The notes beneath the pieces were generated by a model. The model did no database searches. It saw nothing but the letters and a program-made list of their open reading frames with translations, and was not told where the DNA came from. A DNA stretch of 64,000 bases from Mytilus trossulus. Taxonomy: Eukaryota. Positions 44,101 through 59,100 of the stretch are shown piece after piece. The stretch spans positions 86,552,001 through 86,616,000 of the forward strand of contig NC_086375.1 of NCBI RefSeq assembly GCF_036588685.1. Reading direction: 5' to 3'. Numbering within the stretch: the stretch's first letter is position 1; every line of letters starts with the position of its first letter. The position numbers and the translations under genes were made by a program.

Positions 44101-47100
44101 GAGAATAGTCAATTTAAATGAATATCACACTTATGCTGTTTACAAGTAAGTTCTTGTTACACTATGTAGGAACATTCAAATATGAATTGTATTGTGTAAA
44201 TATACATAAATGGCTTTCAATTTAGATACTAAAGTCTTCTTCATAGGAATCTCTTTTTGATATTTCTACTTATTTTAAATATCGGATAATTGAGATTACA
44301 GTAATGTTTACAGGAACTAACATATTGTAATGTAAATAGTTGTCATATTGGAAATATATGATTATGAACTTGTAGTCTTTTAAACTTAAGGGGTAAAGTG
44401 ATGTGTAAGTAAAGAATACTTATTTAGGTTGAAAATGCACAAACCTCTTCCCATGAAAACAATGAAATAGCATATATATGTTTATATTTATTTATTTGCA
44501 CCTTTTCACCAGATTGATAATTAAGATAATATTTATAAAAGAAAGAAAACACAAGACTAAATATCTCCTGGTTGTTTATGTCCTTTGGTTCTTGTCTCAT
44601 GCAGGAAGAATCCACATCTCCCATTATTCAGAGGTAATTGTATTATTTTCAGATATGCCTGTAGAGGCTTGTTTGAGAGACACAAACTGTTAATGTCATT
44701 TCAAATGTGTGTGAAGATTTTAGAAGCAGTTAATAAAATCAACATGGATGAGTACAGTTTCTTCCTCCATGGTGGCATTGTAAGTATGGGAATTCATTTA
44801 TTATCTTTTACAGTGGCATTGTAGGTATAGGAATTCATTAATTATCTTTCACAGTGGCTTTGTAATAATGGGGATCCATTTTCGTATATGGTGGCATTGT
44901 AAGTATGTAGATTCATTTATTGTCTTTCAAAGTACGGTCTTCAACGCAGAGCCTTGGCTCACACCAAACAGCATATATGCTAAACTTAACATTATTTGCT
45001 ATATAATTCTGATTATTGGAAAGGACTATCTTAGAGCAGTATGTTCTGTATACTTCAGGTTATTGTAAGGGAATGCCTCAGGACTTTATTTGCTGTATAT
45101 TTCATGTAATTGTTAGGGTCTGCCTCAGGACTTTATTTGCTGTATATTTCATGTAATTGTCAGGGTCTGTCTAAGGACAATATTTGCTGTATATTTCAGG
45201 TTATGGATGGGGTCTGTCTCAGGACATTTGCTATATATTTCAGGTTATGGATAGGGACAGTCAAATAGATAATCCTTGCTCTAACTGGTTATCAGACACA
45301 GCTTGGGATAACATTACAGAGTTAGACAAACTAACCAACTTCCATGGAATCATTACATCCTTTGAACAATATCCCAAAGATTGGCACACATGGTACTCTT
45401 CTGCTGAACCTGAAAACTCACCCCTACCTGGTAAGTATATATCTATATATATATATAAAATGACTGAATAACTAGTCAACGATTAATCTTACAGGGCGAT
45501 GGATCATGTAATATGATTCTGTGCACTACAAAATATAATACATAACAAGTCAAAAAGAGTACAACATCACCATTAAATAACTATAAAATGAACAAATATT
45601 AGATATTTCGGATAACGGTGATGTTGTACCCTTTTTGACTTGTTATGTTCTATATATATTGTAACGATTTCGCCCCTTAAACCGAGTGGAAAGTTTAAAT
45701 GAATAAGGAGGCTCGATCGAACATAATTTGCATGGATCCTTTGAGTTGGTATATGGTTGAAATAATAACTAAGTCAGGTATAAAGTTCAGATGCATTTTA
45801 TATAACATCTATATAATCAAATATTTACAATTGATCATAAAAACATACATTTATATTTATATACAATTTGCCGTAATCGTCTCTAACGGTCTGCTAAAGT
45901 GAAAGTAGGTTTCCAAAAAACCTCTCTCATCGTATTTATAGAAAGTTGACTAAGTGGAACGACAGCTGACGGGACTTTCCCGTATGTCGAAGGTCGTCTT
46001 CTTCTTCTTCTTCTTCTTCTTCAAAACAATTGCCATGTGTAAGAAGGTTGAGTTTTCTTAAAACCATTAAAACCTTCACACTAAATTATAAGGACATCAA
46101 GACAGCTAAACTTCGACTGCTCTTGCAGGCAGTGAGAATAATTCTGAGACTAATTCTAAAGTTTGTTTCGTCAATTTATAATTTTCCGGTCAATGGATCG
46201 ACCAATCAAAACATTTGTTATGTTCACAGGCAATCTCGTGTATTAGGCCGCCAATACACAAATAAATATGGCTTCTCTTGTAAATAAACTATGGCACTGC
46301 TGGTATTTAGACGATTACGGCTAAAACACAAGTTATTACATTAAGAAAATAAATAAGCTAATAAGGTAAACACATAACCACATCATTTATCATAAAAATG
46401 CATGCCAACCAACCGTGAATATTCTATACGAGGTGACATTCCATCGTAAAAATAGCGTTGCGAAAACGTAAACAAAAACAGCTGACTCATAAAATAACTA
46501 CTGTAAACTATGGAAAACAAGAGTTCCATTAATTTAATAATACTATCACTAAATCGTAACAATATATATATATATATATACAACTCGTCTAAACATCAAC
46601 CCAACAATGTTAGATCTGTAAATTTGCTTTCGCAAATTTTTGGTTCTTCCCTCGCCGGGATTCGAACCCATGCTACTGTGATATCGTGACACCAAATCGC
46701 CTGCACTACAGCCGTCCCGCTAGACCACACGACCACCTGGTATATATATATATATATATATATATATAAGTATGTCTAAACAAGTGACAACTCTATGACA
46801 GATCCATTTTTATATATATATATAAATGATCGTAACGATCTTGCATCTTCATAATAAACAACTTGAACAAACAATTTCTGAAGATTAGACTATTCTGAAA
46901 TGGTGTTATTTTCTTTAATACCGGATAGCACATTTCAATCCATCTTGAGAGCTGACAAAAACTTTGTCCTTTCAACTTAATCAACTGAGATCATCGGCAG
47001 CCATACATTGATTAAAATTTTGAAACAATGTATCCAGAAAGCACGAAATTGCCAAAGAATTAGAGAAATTTTTACATAGATATAAGTGACATTGTGTTCT

Positions 47101-50100
47101 TCACTCTTACATAAAACCTAGAATGATAAAAAGGTATTTGAGATATATTTGATATAAAAACTGAATTGAATTAAAGAGATATCATATGTATGATCCTCAA
47201 GATTAATTTTCAAATTGTGTTTTACTCACTGATGATGTCTATATTACAGGAGAATGGGAGAATGCATGTAATGAATTACAGAAAATGTTATTTGTCCGTT
47301 CCTTGAGACCAGATCGTGTGTCATTCTGTTGTACAACCTTCATTTTGAACCATCTTGGTGTAAAGTTTACAGAGCCACCAGCCCTAGATATGTCCCAAGT
47401 TATTGATGATTGTAATTGTAAAACGCCTCTGATATTTATTCTGTCGAACGGGGCGGTAAGTTATAGCATGTACAGAGCCACCAGCCCTAGATATGTCCCA
47501 AGTTATTGATGATTGTAATTGTAAAACACCTCTGATATTTATTCTGTCTAATGGGGCGGTAAGTTATAGCATGTACAGAGCCACCAGCCCTAGATATGTC
47601 CCAAGTTATTGATGATTGTAATTGTAAAACGCCTCTGATATTTATTCTGTCTAATGGGGCGGTAAGTCATAAACAACCCGACCAAAATAAAAAAACACAA
47701 CAGCAGAAGGTCACCAACAGGTCTTCAGTGTAGCGAGAAATTCCCGCACCCGGAGGCGTCCTTCAGCTGGCCCCTCAACAAATATATACTAGTTCAGTGA
47801 TAATGAACGCCATACTAATTTCCAAATTGTACACAAGAAACTAAAATTTAAATAATACAAGACTAACAAAGGCCAGAGGCTCCTGACTTGGGACAGGCGC
47901 AAAAATGCGGCGGGGTTAAACATGTTTGTGAGATCTCAACCCTCCCCCTATACCTCTAACCAGTGTAGAAAAGTAAAAGCATAACAATACGCACATTAAA
48001 ATTCAGTTCAAGAGAAGTCCGAGTCTGATGTCAGAAGATGTAACCAAAGAAAATAAACAAAATGACAATAATACATAAATAACAACAGACTACTAGCAGT
48101 TAACTGACATGCCAGCTCCAGACTTCAATTAAACTGACTGAAAGATTATGATTTCATCATATGAACATCAGGCACAATCCTTCCCGTAAGGGGTTTAGTA
48201 TCATACCATCATAACATATATGAGAAGAACATAACCCGTGTCATGCCAACAACTGTTTTTAGAATAAATGTGTTTAGTTCCGACGCAAAGACCTTATCAG
48301 TGACTCAATATTAACGCCAAAATATGCAATCTTTAATGACTTGACAACAGTATCGTAATTATATCCCTTCTTAATAAGTCTATTCAAAGGTTTTGTAAGT
48401 TTATGAGGTGAATACTGACACCTTTGTGCTTTATAAAGAATATTTCCATAAAAAATTGGATGTGAAATACCTGAACATATAAAAAGTCTGCATGCACAGA
48501 GCCACCAGCCCTAGATATGTCCCAAGTTATTGATGATTGTAATTGTAAAACGCCTCTGATATTTATTCTGTCTAATGGGGCGGTAAGTTATAGCATGCAC
48601 AGAGCCACCAGCCCTAGATATGTCCCAAGTTATTGATGATTGTAATTGCAAAACACCACTAATATTTATTCTGTCTAATGGGGCGGTAAGTTATAGCATG
48701 TATCCTACTACTTACAAAAACTTTCTCAAATTAGTAAACAAATGTTAACTTATTTTTAGCACATTTGAAATTGTAAAGGTAGAAGATTAATACTCTTGTT
48801 GGTTTAATCATTGTCAGACTAAATCAATATGGTTTTGTTCTTTGAGATATAAGAATATCTTTTTTTATCACATGTTTGTTATGAATATGTTGGGTTTTGT
48901 AAATGCAATAACCTCAAAATTGCCCAGGGCAATTAAAAGGTTATTGATTGTTGTGCCCCTTTTTATTTAAATGTTTATAAGATAAACATAAAGTTAGCTA
49001 ATTCTTTTATTACAGGACCCAACAAATCACCTTCTACAGCTTGCTGAATCTAAAGGTCTGGCCAACAACTTCAATGCTCTGTCTTTAGGACAAGGTCAAG
49101 CTCCAATAGCAACCAGGCTCATCAAGGAAGGAATTATAGAGGTATGTAATAAAGTGTTAAACATTCATGCTGCTGGAAATGAGATAACAGTAGATGGTTT
49201 AATAGTTACAGGATTTCCCTTTTTAATTGTTTTACATATTCATTTCAAGGCCAATTATAGATGACTATGCTGTATGGGATTTGCTCATTGTCGAAGGCGG
49301 TATGGTAACCTATAGTTGTTAATTTCTGTGTCATTAATGTCTCCTGTGGAGAGTTTCATTGGCAATCATGCCACATCTTCTTTTTTATATTATGTGTTTT
49401 TCTGACAATGCACTTTTTGGGTGATTATAATGAAGCAGTTACCCAAACAAGACATAGATGTTTCAACAATATTTTAAAGTTTGTAACATATGTGTCACTA
49501 TTTTTTTATTTTTAGGGTAACTGGGTATTTTTAGCTAACTGCCACCTTTCATTAAGCTGGATGCCACATCTCCATAAGATTATAGAACAATTCCAGACTC
49601 AGAAACCTGAGCCACACCCAGAATTCAGGTTATGGTTAAGTAGTAGTCCTCATCCAGACTTCCCAATAACCATCCTACAAACTGGCCTTAAAATGACAAC
49701 AGAACCACCTAAGGTAAGTAGTTAGTTGTAGCCCATATCCTGATCATGCATCTCCAGAGTTATAAATTATCAATTAAAGTAACTCTAGAGTAATCAATTA
49801 TGCAATTAAAGCATCTCCTGAGTAATAAATTATTATGCAATTAAAGTTACTTCAGGGAAATCATTTATGCAAATAAAGCATCTCCAGAGTAATGAATTAT
49901 TATGCAATTAAAGTTACTTCAGGGAAATCAATTATGCAAATAAAGTAACTACAGAGTAATCAATTAATCAATTAAAGCATCAACTGTGTAATCAAGTATG
50001 CAATTAAAACAACTCTAGAGTTATCAATTATACAATTTAAGTAAATCTACATAATCAATTATGCAATTAAAGTAACTCAACATAATCAATTATGCAATTG

Positions 50101-53100
50101 AAGTAACTCCAGAGGGAGATATGTTTATTAATGAAATATTGTCTTGTCTTGTCTTGTCTTGCAATTAAAGTAACTTCAGAGTTATCAATAATGCAATTAA
50201 AGTAACTCTACGTAATCAATTATGCAATTAAAGTAACTCCAGAGTAATCAGGTATGCAATTAAAGTAATTCCAGAGGGAGATACGTTTATTGCATGATTT
50301 ATTTCTCTGGATAAACTTTAATTGCATTATTGACTATGAATGTTTCAAAGGAAATAACACATCAAAAATACTGGTTAACAATTTATTCATTTAAGCATTA
50401 GTTATATGATTATTTTTTATATCATATTTGTAGGGTCTGAAAGCCAACTTGAAGAGATTGTACACTAACATTTCTGACTCCCAGTTCCAGAGATGTCCAA
50501 AACAAGACAAGTATAAAAAGTTACTGTTTTCTCTCTGCTACTTCCATTCCTTACTGTTAGAGAGAAAGAAGTTCCTCACGCTGGGATGGAATATTCTCTA
50601 CGAGTTCAATGATTCAGATTTTGAGGTAAGAAAATAAAACACAGTTTGGAGATCACAATTCAGAAAATACATGAACTCATCAGTTAAAAAAAAGAAGTAT
50701 AATTTTCTTCTCATCTAAACAATCAAATTGGACTAATTGTCATATAGATCTTCATCATAAAATGTGATTAATTTCACATAAGAAGCAAGAAACTTGATCT
50801 GTTTGTTTTTTTTTATCTCCATTGTAACATGTATTTTATTTTACCTCAGGTATCAGAGAACTTGATGTGTATATATCTAGATCATTATGAGGAAACACCC
50901 TGGGAGGCAATGAAATTTTTAGTGGCTGGTATAGTGTACGGAGGTCATGTGACTGATGATTGGGATCGCCGTCTGTTGATGACATATATAAATGATTATT
51001 TTCAAGATGGAGTCATCAGTACAATATTTTACCAGTAAGTGTTTTGTATGGCAATGAATGTTAACTTTTCAATGACTCTTATGATACATTTTCAACTACA
51101 ATTTCCAAGAGGAAGCTAACAATATTATGTTTTATCAATGATTTTAAACCTCACTTGACCAAAAGTAACATTTTTACATTGAAGTGATAATATAATATGA
51201 TTGTGAATAAATATAGCATAATTAAAAAAAGGATGGAACAATTTAAACTAATTTTACTATTTCTAAGGTCAGATAGTGATTCTTAAACAGCCTCCATTGT
51301 TAAGTTTGACACATGACCTTGACCTCATTTTGTAATTTTTTTTCCAGATTCCTATCAAGTTTTAGTAAGGGACGACATCAAAAGTTCAATGTTGGATAAA
51401 AAACTTAATTTACATAGTTTTTTATCCTTCATTAATTTTTTTATGTCTACCCTAACTAGTTCATGCTAATTTGAGTATTTTTGCAGTATTTAGTTGTCTT
51501 TGACTTGGAATTGCATGGTTATTAACATTATTATTTTATAATTCAGTTGAAATATATTTAGTTGTTGTCCTTCAACTCATTAGATGAAAAAAAAAGGATA
51601 AATTGTATTTTATTTTAGACTGTCCTCCCTGCCGACTTATTACATACCTAAAGATGGTCCCTTAGCTGTGTACAGAGAGTATGTGAGTATGTTACCTAAT
51701 GTGGATCACCCTGAGGCCTTCGGACAACATTCTAATGCTGACATACAGTCACAGATACAGGAAACTAAGATGATGTTTGATACATTGCTGAGTCTACAGC
51801 CCACAGTGTCCCTTGTAGGGAGTGGAGAAAGCAGAGAAGACAAGGTATGTGATCAAAGAATAACTGAGTTTTCAGCCACTGTGTCCACATAAGAAGTGGA
51901 AAGAAACAGGGTTGGGTGGATAAGTAACAGGGCTTGTTTAGGTGACATTACTTGGTGTAAATCACTCATAAGAGGTGAAGAAAACAGGGGGATAAGGTAT
52001 GCAGTTTGTATACAAGTTAGGGTTTAGACAATAATACATTAGGACATTACTTATGCAAATTAAAAGATGTGATATGATTGGCAGTGGTACAACTATCCAT
52101 TAGAGACCAAATTACACAGATATAAGCATCTATATGTATATGATATATAAAATGACAAGATGTGATATGATTGCCAATCAGATAACTATCCACCAGTTTT
52201 AAAAATAAGTGTAGTTTAAAAGCAATTTGTAGTTTCAAAGCAATTATAGGTCAATGTACAGCCTTAAACAATGCAAAAACAGTATAGAAGCTATAAAAGG
52301 CCAGACATGAAAAATGTGAAACAATTCAAATGAAAATTCAAAACCAATTGTTCAGAGAACAATTGAAGGGTTCCCCCCCCCCCCAAAAAAAAACCCCAAG
52401 TATTCTGTTGTAAAAATAGTAAAGATTCTGTTTAAAATGTCATTAACAATGTCAAATGATATCTAATAGTATGCTGATCCAAAAAGATATGGTTTCCATA
52501 TAAAAAAAAATTGATAAGGGAGATAATTTGTTACTTTCGGTTTGAAAAAGGTTACTACCGGTATTATTTAACTGTTTAATTGACACTGATTCCAAAACTA
52601 TATAGTTCTGTGACATTGTGCTGTTGTTTTTTCTATGTTCAGGTTGTTGTCTCTTTGACACATTCCCCATTTCCATTGTCAATTTTATACTATATACTTT
52701 TACATTCAAAAAGTACAAAAACTTAGCTAATACGGTTTACACAGGGTCACTACAGGTTTCTTTTTAAAGGTCACATGGCTTGCAACTAAACGCAAAAAGT
52801 CCCGTGGCTTTATTATTCATTAGGAGGTAAAATCTAAGGTCAAAAACTAGTACGACAATTCATCCTATGACCTTGAGCTCAATTTCAAGGTCATCAACCA
52901 ATGACCTCAAATCAAAATAACCCTAGATCTGAATTATATTTGGTTCATGAGTTACATCACCATATGCATATTTTTAAATAAAGAGGGGAGAAAACTCTAA
53001 TTTGATGTAATCCAACCCTTTAAATCAATATTTATGTGTCAGGACATGTTGCAACTAACATTTAAGCAAATATATGTTGTCGATATCTTGTATTGTATTT

Positions 53101-56100
53101 CAAAAGTGGTGAAAATAAGCCAAAATCCCAAATTTAGAAATGACCTTAACCTTTGACACTCTTTTTTCTTTCTTTTTTTTTGGACCAAGGATCTCAAATC
53201 AAAAGACCATAGGTCTTTATCACTTATGGTTTACAAGCTACAACAAAAAATTTCTTATTAAAACTACAAAAGGGGAAATAACTCCCATATGTAGTCTCCT
53301 GACCTCTTTGGTCAAAATTATTTGTAAGAACCTGAAGATATAACGAGCAAATTGGTGAAATAATTTAGTCATTATTTTTAACGGTTGTGAAGGAGATTTG
53401 TACACAAGAAAAACTGTTTGGGGAGATAACTCGAACAATAAAAAAATATTAAAAAGTGTTCAGCTTAACAGGGTCAGTTTCAAATTCGTAATAACTGTTC
53501 AATATCATATGTAAAAAATCTAAGCGACATATTGCGAAACAAAAACATACCAACAGAAAAAAGTGGTGGAAGAAGAAGAAAAAAAATAATAATAATAATA
53601 AACAGAAGAAAACCAATAGGTCTTTCCACAGAAAAGTGAAAAGACTGAAAAAAAGAAACTAACAGCCTAATTTATAATAAAACATTTTATGAAAAACAAA
53701 TATTGCAGACATGAATATAGGACAATCACTGTACTTCAGGCTCCTGATTTGGGACATTTATTTAGTCTATATTTAAATAAGTAGATCCTGGATGATTCTT
53801 TACTTTTTAGGTATTGAACCTGGCTGCCAATATCTATAAACAGATCCCAGATGATATGGATTATGAAGGAACAGTAAAGATTCTTGAGAGTGATCACAGA
53901 CCAATCAACATTGTATTATTGCAGGAAGTAAGAGTGATATATCTTTTGATTGTGTTATTAATATAACTGTATATCAAAGAAAAGGGACTTTTATTGCTGT
54001 TCTTCATCCTGGTATTTATTGGAAGTTCTCCATCTTTTCAGATTAAGATATTCACTTTAAGCATGACCCCCTATAATTTGAGTGGTATTGTCATGTTATT
54101 GAGAACACATTAAGCCTGACACTTTAAATTTGAAAATTTCACTTTCGTCCATGTCGTCACAATAGCAATAGCGAAGATTTATTTATCTTACAAATGAAAA
54201 ACTGAGGACAAGGAAACTGCTAGTAGTCTGTTGTTATTTATGTATTATTGTCATTTTGTTTATTTTCTTTGGTTACATCTTCTGACATCAGACTCAGAAT
54301 TCTCTTGAACTGAATTTTAGATGTGCGTATTGTTATACGTTTACTTTTCTACATTGGCTAGAGGTATAGTGGGAGGGTTGAGATCTCATAAACATGTTTA
54401 ACCCCATCTCATTTTTGCACCTGTCCCAAGTCAGGAGCCTCTTGCCTTTGTTAGTCTTGTATTATTTTAATTTTAGTTTCTTGTGTACAATTTGGAAATT
54501 AGTATGGCGTTCATTATCACTGAACTAGTATAAATATGTATTTGTTTAGGGGCCAGCTAAAGGACGCCTCCAGGTGCGGAAATTTCTCGCTACACTGAAG
54601 ACCTGTTGGTGACCTTCTGCTGTTGTTTTTCTATGGTCGGGTTGTTGTCTCTTTGACACATTCACCATTTCAATTCTCAATTTTAAAGTGTAGATTGTCA
54701 AAAAAGTTGGTGTGAGATTTGTGAATCAAAAAATTTAAAAACCTAATGTGATTGAGTAGTTTACTGTTAAGAATGCTGTATAAAGAATAATAAGTATGCT
54801 AAAGGTAAGAACACATCTTTGTATAGGGAAAACTGTAGCTTGAATAGTAGGATATTTATTCTAAAAAAAAACATTGCTTCCTGATGCTTAAGGTAGATGT
54901 AAAAAAAAAAAAAAAAAACCTTTTAATTCTTGACAATAAGTTAATAGTGACACCAAACTTATTTTTTATCCAGATTGAGAGATACAATACTTTAATGGGA
55001 ATAATCAGAACAGCTCTGACAAATTTAGAGCAAGGTATTAAAGGCTTAGTTGTGATGACAATGGAGTTGGAGAATACATTCCAGTGCATATTTGATGGCC
55101 GAGTTCCACCCACTTGGCTTAAGGTTTGTTTAGTTTTGTTTTACTTTAAAGTAGAAGAGTCGATAAAAAAGTGAAAATTTCTCAACAGTTTTCATGTGAT
55201 ATATCTTTTAAACTGGAAGCAATATAGATATATGAACAAGCATTATCTAAGACATAATTAACCAATCAGAATCAGTAGATATATTGTGAAGATTTAAAAG
55301 ATATAATCATACTTTCTGCAGTTACATATACCCAAAACTCACTAACTTTTATGTTTTTATCCATTAAAAAAATAATTCTTTCATGCCATGCTATTATTCA
55401 GAATTATTATACTTCTAAGTGAACCTATGATTTGCATTCAAAAGGCAGCTATTTTGGTTTGAAAAACATAGTTGGACGAGAGTTGATTCAGCTTCTTGTA
55501 CTTATATTTGTATCAAGTGAGTAAAATGTCATATTTTAATTTAGAGATTATTTTTATAGGCTTACCCATCACTTAAGCCATTAGCTTCATGGACCAGAGA
55601 CCTTGTTGTTAGGGTAGAACAGCTTTCAAAATGGTCCAAAAGAGCAAATCCCCCTTTTATATACTGGATACCAGGTTTTACTTTGCCTACTGGTTTCCTG
55701 ACTGCAGTACTACAAACATCAGCTAGACAAAACAATGTAAGTGTATTTATGCAACAACAATCAATAATATAATGGATACCAGGCTTTACTTTGCCTTCTG
55801 ATTTCTTGACTGCTGTAGTACAAACATCAGCCAAATAATGTAAGAGTATATGCTACACCAATCACCAATATATTTATATTAAATATATATTATTTTAAAC
55901 AGTTTAGCAATTTGATTATTCATTGAAGTCACAAAAAACTTTGACTCTATGGCAATTGTCTATATAGCGCTTGTGTGCTTTGATTGCTTTTCCTCCTTGT
56001 ATAAGAACTTTGCAGATGGATTAAAAAAAAATGTAAGAAGGTTTTCAATCCCTGTTTCTTGTCTTTTTAAAAGATTTTTTATCATTATTGTAGATGAATT

Positions 56101-59100
56101 GATTATTTTTAAACATTTGCACCTCTGTTAGTTGTGAGAAATTAGAAGTATAGCTGTCCATGATTTTATTTTAGTGTATTATCTATATTATAGGTGTCTA
56201 TTGATACCTTGTCTTATGAATTCAGCATTATAGCTGTCGGTGATTTTATTTTAGTGTATTATCATTATAGGTGTCTATTGATACTTTGTCTTGGGAGTTC
56301 AGCATTATAGCTGTCAGTGATTTTATTTTAGTGTATTATCTATATTATAGGTGTCAATTGATACTTTGTCTTGGGAGTTCAGCATTATAGCTGTCGGTGA
56401 TTTTATTTTAGTGTATTATCTATATTATAGGTGTCTATTGATACTTTGTCTTGGGAGTTCAGCATTATAGCTGTCAGTGATTTTATTTTAGTGTATTATC
56501 ATTATAGGTGTCTATTGATACTTTGTCTTGGGAGTTCAGCATTATAGCTGTCAGTGATTTTATTTTAGTGTATTATTTATATTATAGCTGTCTATTGATA
56601 CTTTGTCTTGGGAGTTCAGCATTATAGCTGTCGGTGATTTTATTTTAGTGTATTATCTATATTATAGGTGTCTATTGATACTTTGTCTTGGGAGTTCAGC
56701 ATTATAGCTGTCAGTGATTTTATTTTAGTGTATTATCTATATTATAGGTGTCTATTGATACCTTGTCTTGGGAGTTCAGCATTATAGCTGTCAGTGATTT
56801 TATTTTAGTGTATTATCATTATAGGTGTCTATTGATACTTTGTCTTGGGAGTTCAGCATTATAGCTGTCAGTGATTTTATTTTAGTGTATTATCATTATA
56901 GGTGTCTATTGATACTTTGTCTTGGGAGTTCAGCATTATAGCTGTCAGTGATTTTATTTTAGTGTTTTATCTATATTATAGGTGTCAATTGATACTTTGT
57001 CTTGGGAGTTCAGCATTATAGCTGTCAGTGATTTTATTTTAGTGTATTATCTATATTATAGGTGTCTATTGATACTTTGTCTTGGGAGTTCAGCATTATA
57101 GCTGTCAGTGATTTTATTTTAGTGTATTATCATTATAGGTGTCTATTGATACTTTGTCTTGGGAGTTCAGCATAATAGCTGTCAGTGATTTTATTTTAGT
57201 GTATTATCATTATAGGTGTCAATTGATACTTTGTCTTGGGAGTTCAGCATTATAGCTGTCAGTGATTTTATTTTAGTGTATTATCATTATAGGTGTCTAT
57301 TGATACTTTGTCTTGGGAGTTCAGCATAATAGCTGTCAGTGATTTTATTTTAGTGTATTATCATTATAGGTGTCTATTGATACTTTGTCTTGGGAGTTCA
57401 GCATAATAGCTGTCCGTGATTTTATTTTAGTGTATTATCATTATAGGTGTCTATTGATACTTTGTCTTGGGAGTTCAGCATTATAGCTGTCAGTGATTTT
57501 ATTTTAGTGTATTATCTATATTATAGGTGTCTATTGATACTTTGTCTTGGGAGTTCAGCATTATAGCTGTCAGTGATTTTATTTTAGTGTATTATCATTA
57601 TAGGTGTCTATTGATACTTTGTCTTGGGAGTTCAGCATAATAGCTGTCCGTGATTTTATTTTAGTGTATTATCATTATAGGTGTCTATTGATACTTTGTC
57701 TTGGGAGTTCAGCATTATAGCTGTCAGTGATTTTATTTTAGTGTATTATCTATATTATAGGTGTCTATTGATACTTTGTCTTGGGAGTTCAGCATTATAG
57801 CTGTCAGTGATTTTATTTTAGTGTATTATCTATATTATAGGTCTCTATTGATACTTTGTCTTGGGAGTTCAGCATTATAGCTGTCAGTGATTTTATTTTA
57901 GTGTATTATCTATATTATAGGTGTCTATTGATACCTTGTCTTATGAATTCAGCATTATAGCTGTCAGTGATTTTATTTTAGTGTATTATCATTATAGGTG
58001 TCTATTGATACTTTGTCTTGGGAGTTCAGCATTATAGCTGTCGGTGATTTTATTTTAGTGTATTATCTATATTATAGGTCTCTATTGATACTTTGTCTTG
58101 GGAGTTCAGCATTATAGCTGTCGGTGATTTTATTTTAGTGTATTATCATTATAGGTGTCTATTGATACTTTGTCTTGGGAGTTCAGCATTATAGCTGTCA
58201 GTGATTTTATTTTAGTGTATTATCTATATTATAGGTGTCTATTGATACTTTGTCTTGGGAGTTCAGCATAATAGCTGTCAGTGATTTTATTTTAGTGTAT
58301 TATCATTATAGGTGTCAATTGATACTTTGTCTTGGGAGTTCAGCATTATAGCTGTCAGTGATTTTATTTTAGTGTATTATCATTATAGGTGTCTATTGAT
58401 ACTTTGTCTTGGGAGTTCAGCATTATAGCTGTCGGTGATTTTATTTTAGTGTATTATCTATATTATAGGTCTCTATTGATACTTTGTCTTGGGAGTTCAG
58501 CATTATAGCTGTTGGTGATTTTATTTTAGTGTATTATCATTATAGGTCTCTATTGATACTTTGTCTTGGGAGTTCAGCATTATAGCTGTTGGTGATTTTA
58601 TTTTAGTGTATTATCTATATTATAGGTGTCTATTGATACTTTGTCTTGGGAGTTCAGCATTATAGCTGTCAGTGATTTTATTTTAGTGTATTATCTATAT
58701 TATAGGTGTCTATTGATACTTTGTCTTGGGAGTTCAGCATTATAGCTGTCAGTGATTTTATTTTAGTGTATTATCTATATTATAGGTGTCTATTGATACT
58801 TTGTCTTGGGAGTTCAGCATTATAGCTGTCGGTGATTTTATTTTAGTGTATTATCTATATTATAGGTCTCTATTGATACTTTGTCTTGGGAGTTCAGCAT
58901 TATAGCTGTCGGTGATTTTATTTTAGTGTATTATCTATATTATAGGTGTCTATTGATACTTTGTCTTGGGAGTTCAGCATTATAGCTGTCAGTGATTTTA
59001 TTTTAGTGTATTATCTATATTATAGGTGTCTATTGATACTTTGTCTTGGGAGTTCAGCATAATAGCTGTCAGTGATTTTATTTTAGTGTATTATCATTAT

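Noticed and set aside
46640-46740. Functional tRNA gene
   Set aside because: A and B boxes are present but there is no convincing acceptor stem or anticodon arm; the context fits a SINE-like repeat.
1087-55834. Many short minus-strand and intronic ORFs in the ORF track
   Set aside because: They are antisense shadows of dynein exons or AT-rich and repeat-derived noise with no recognisable domains.
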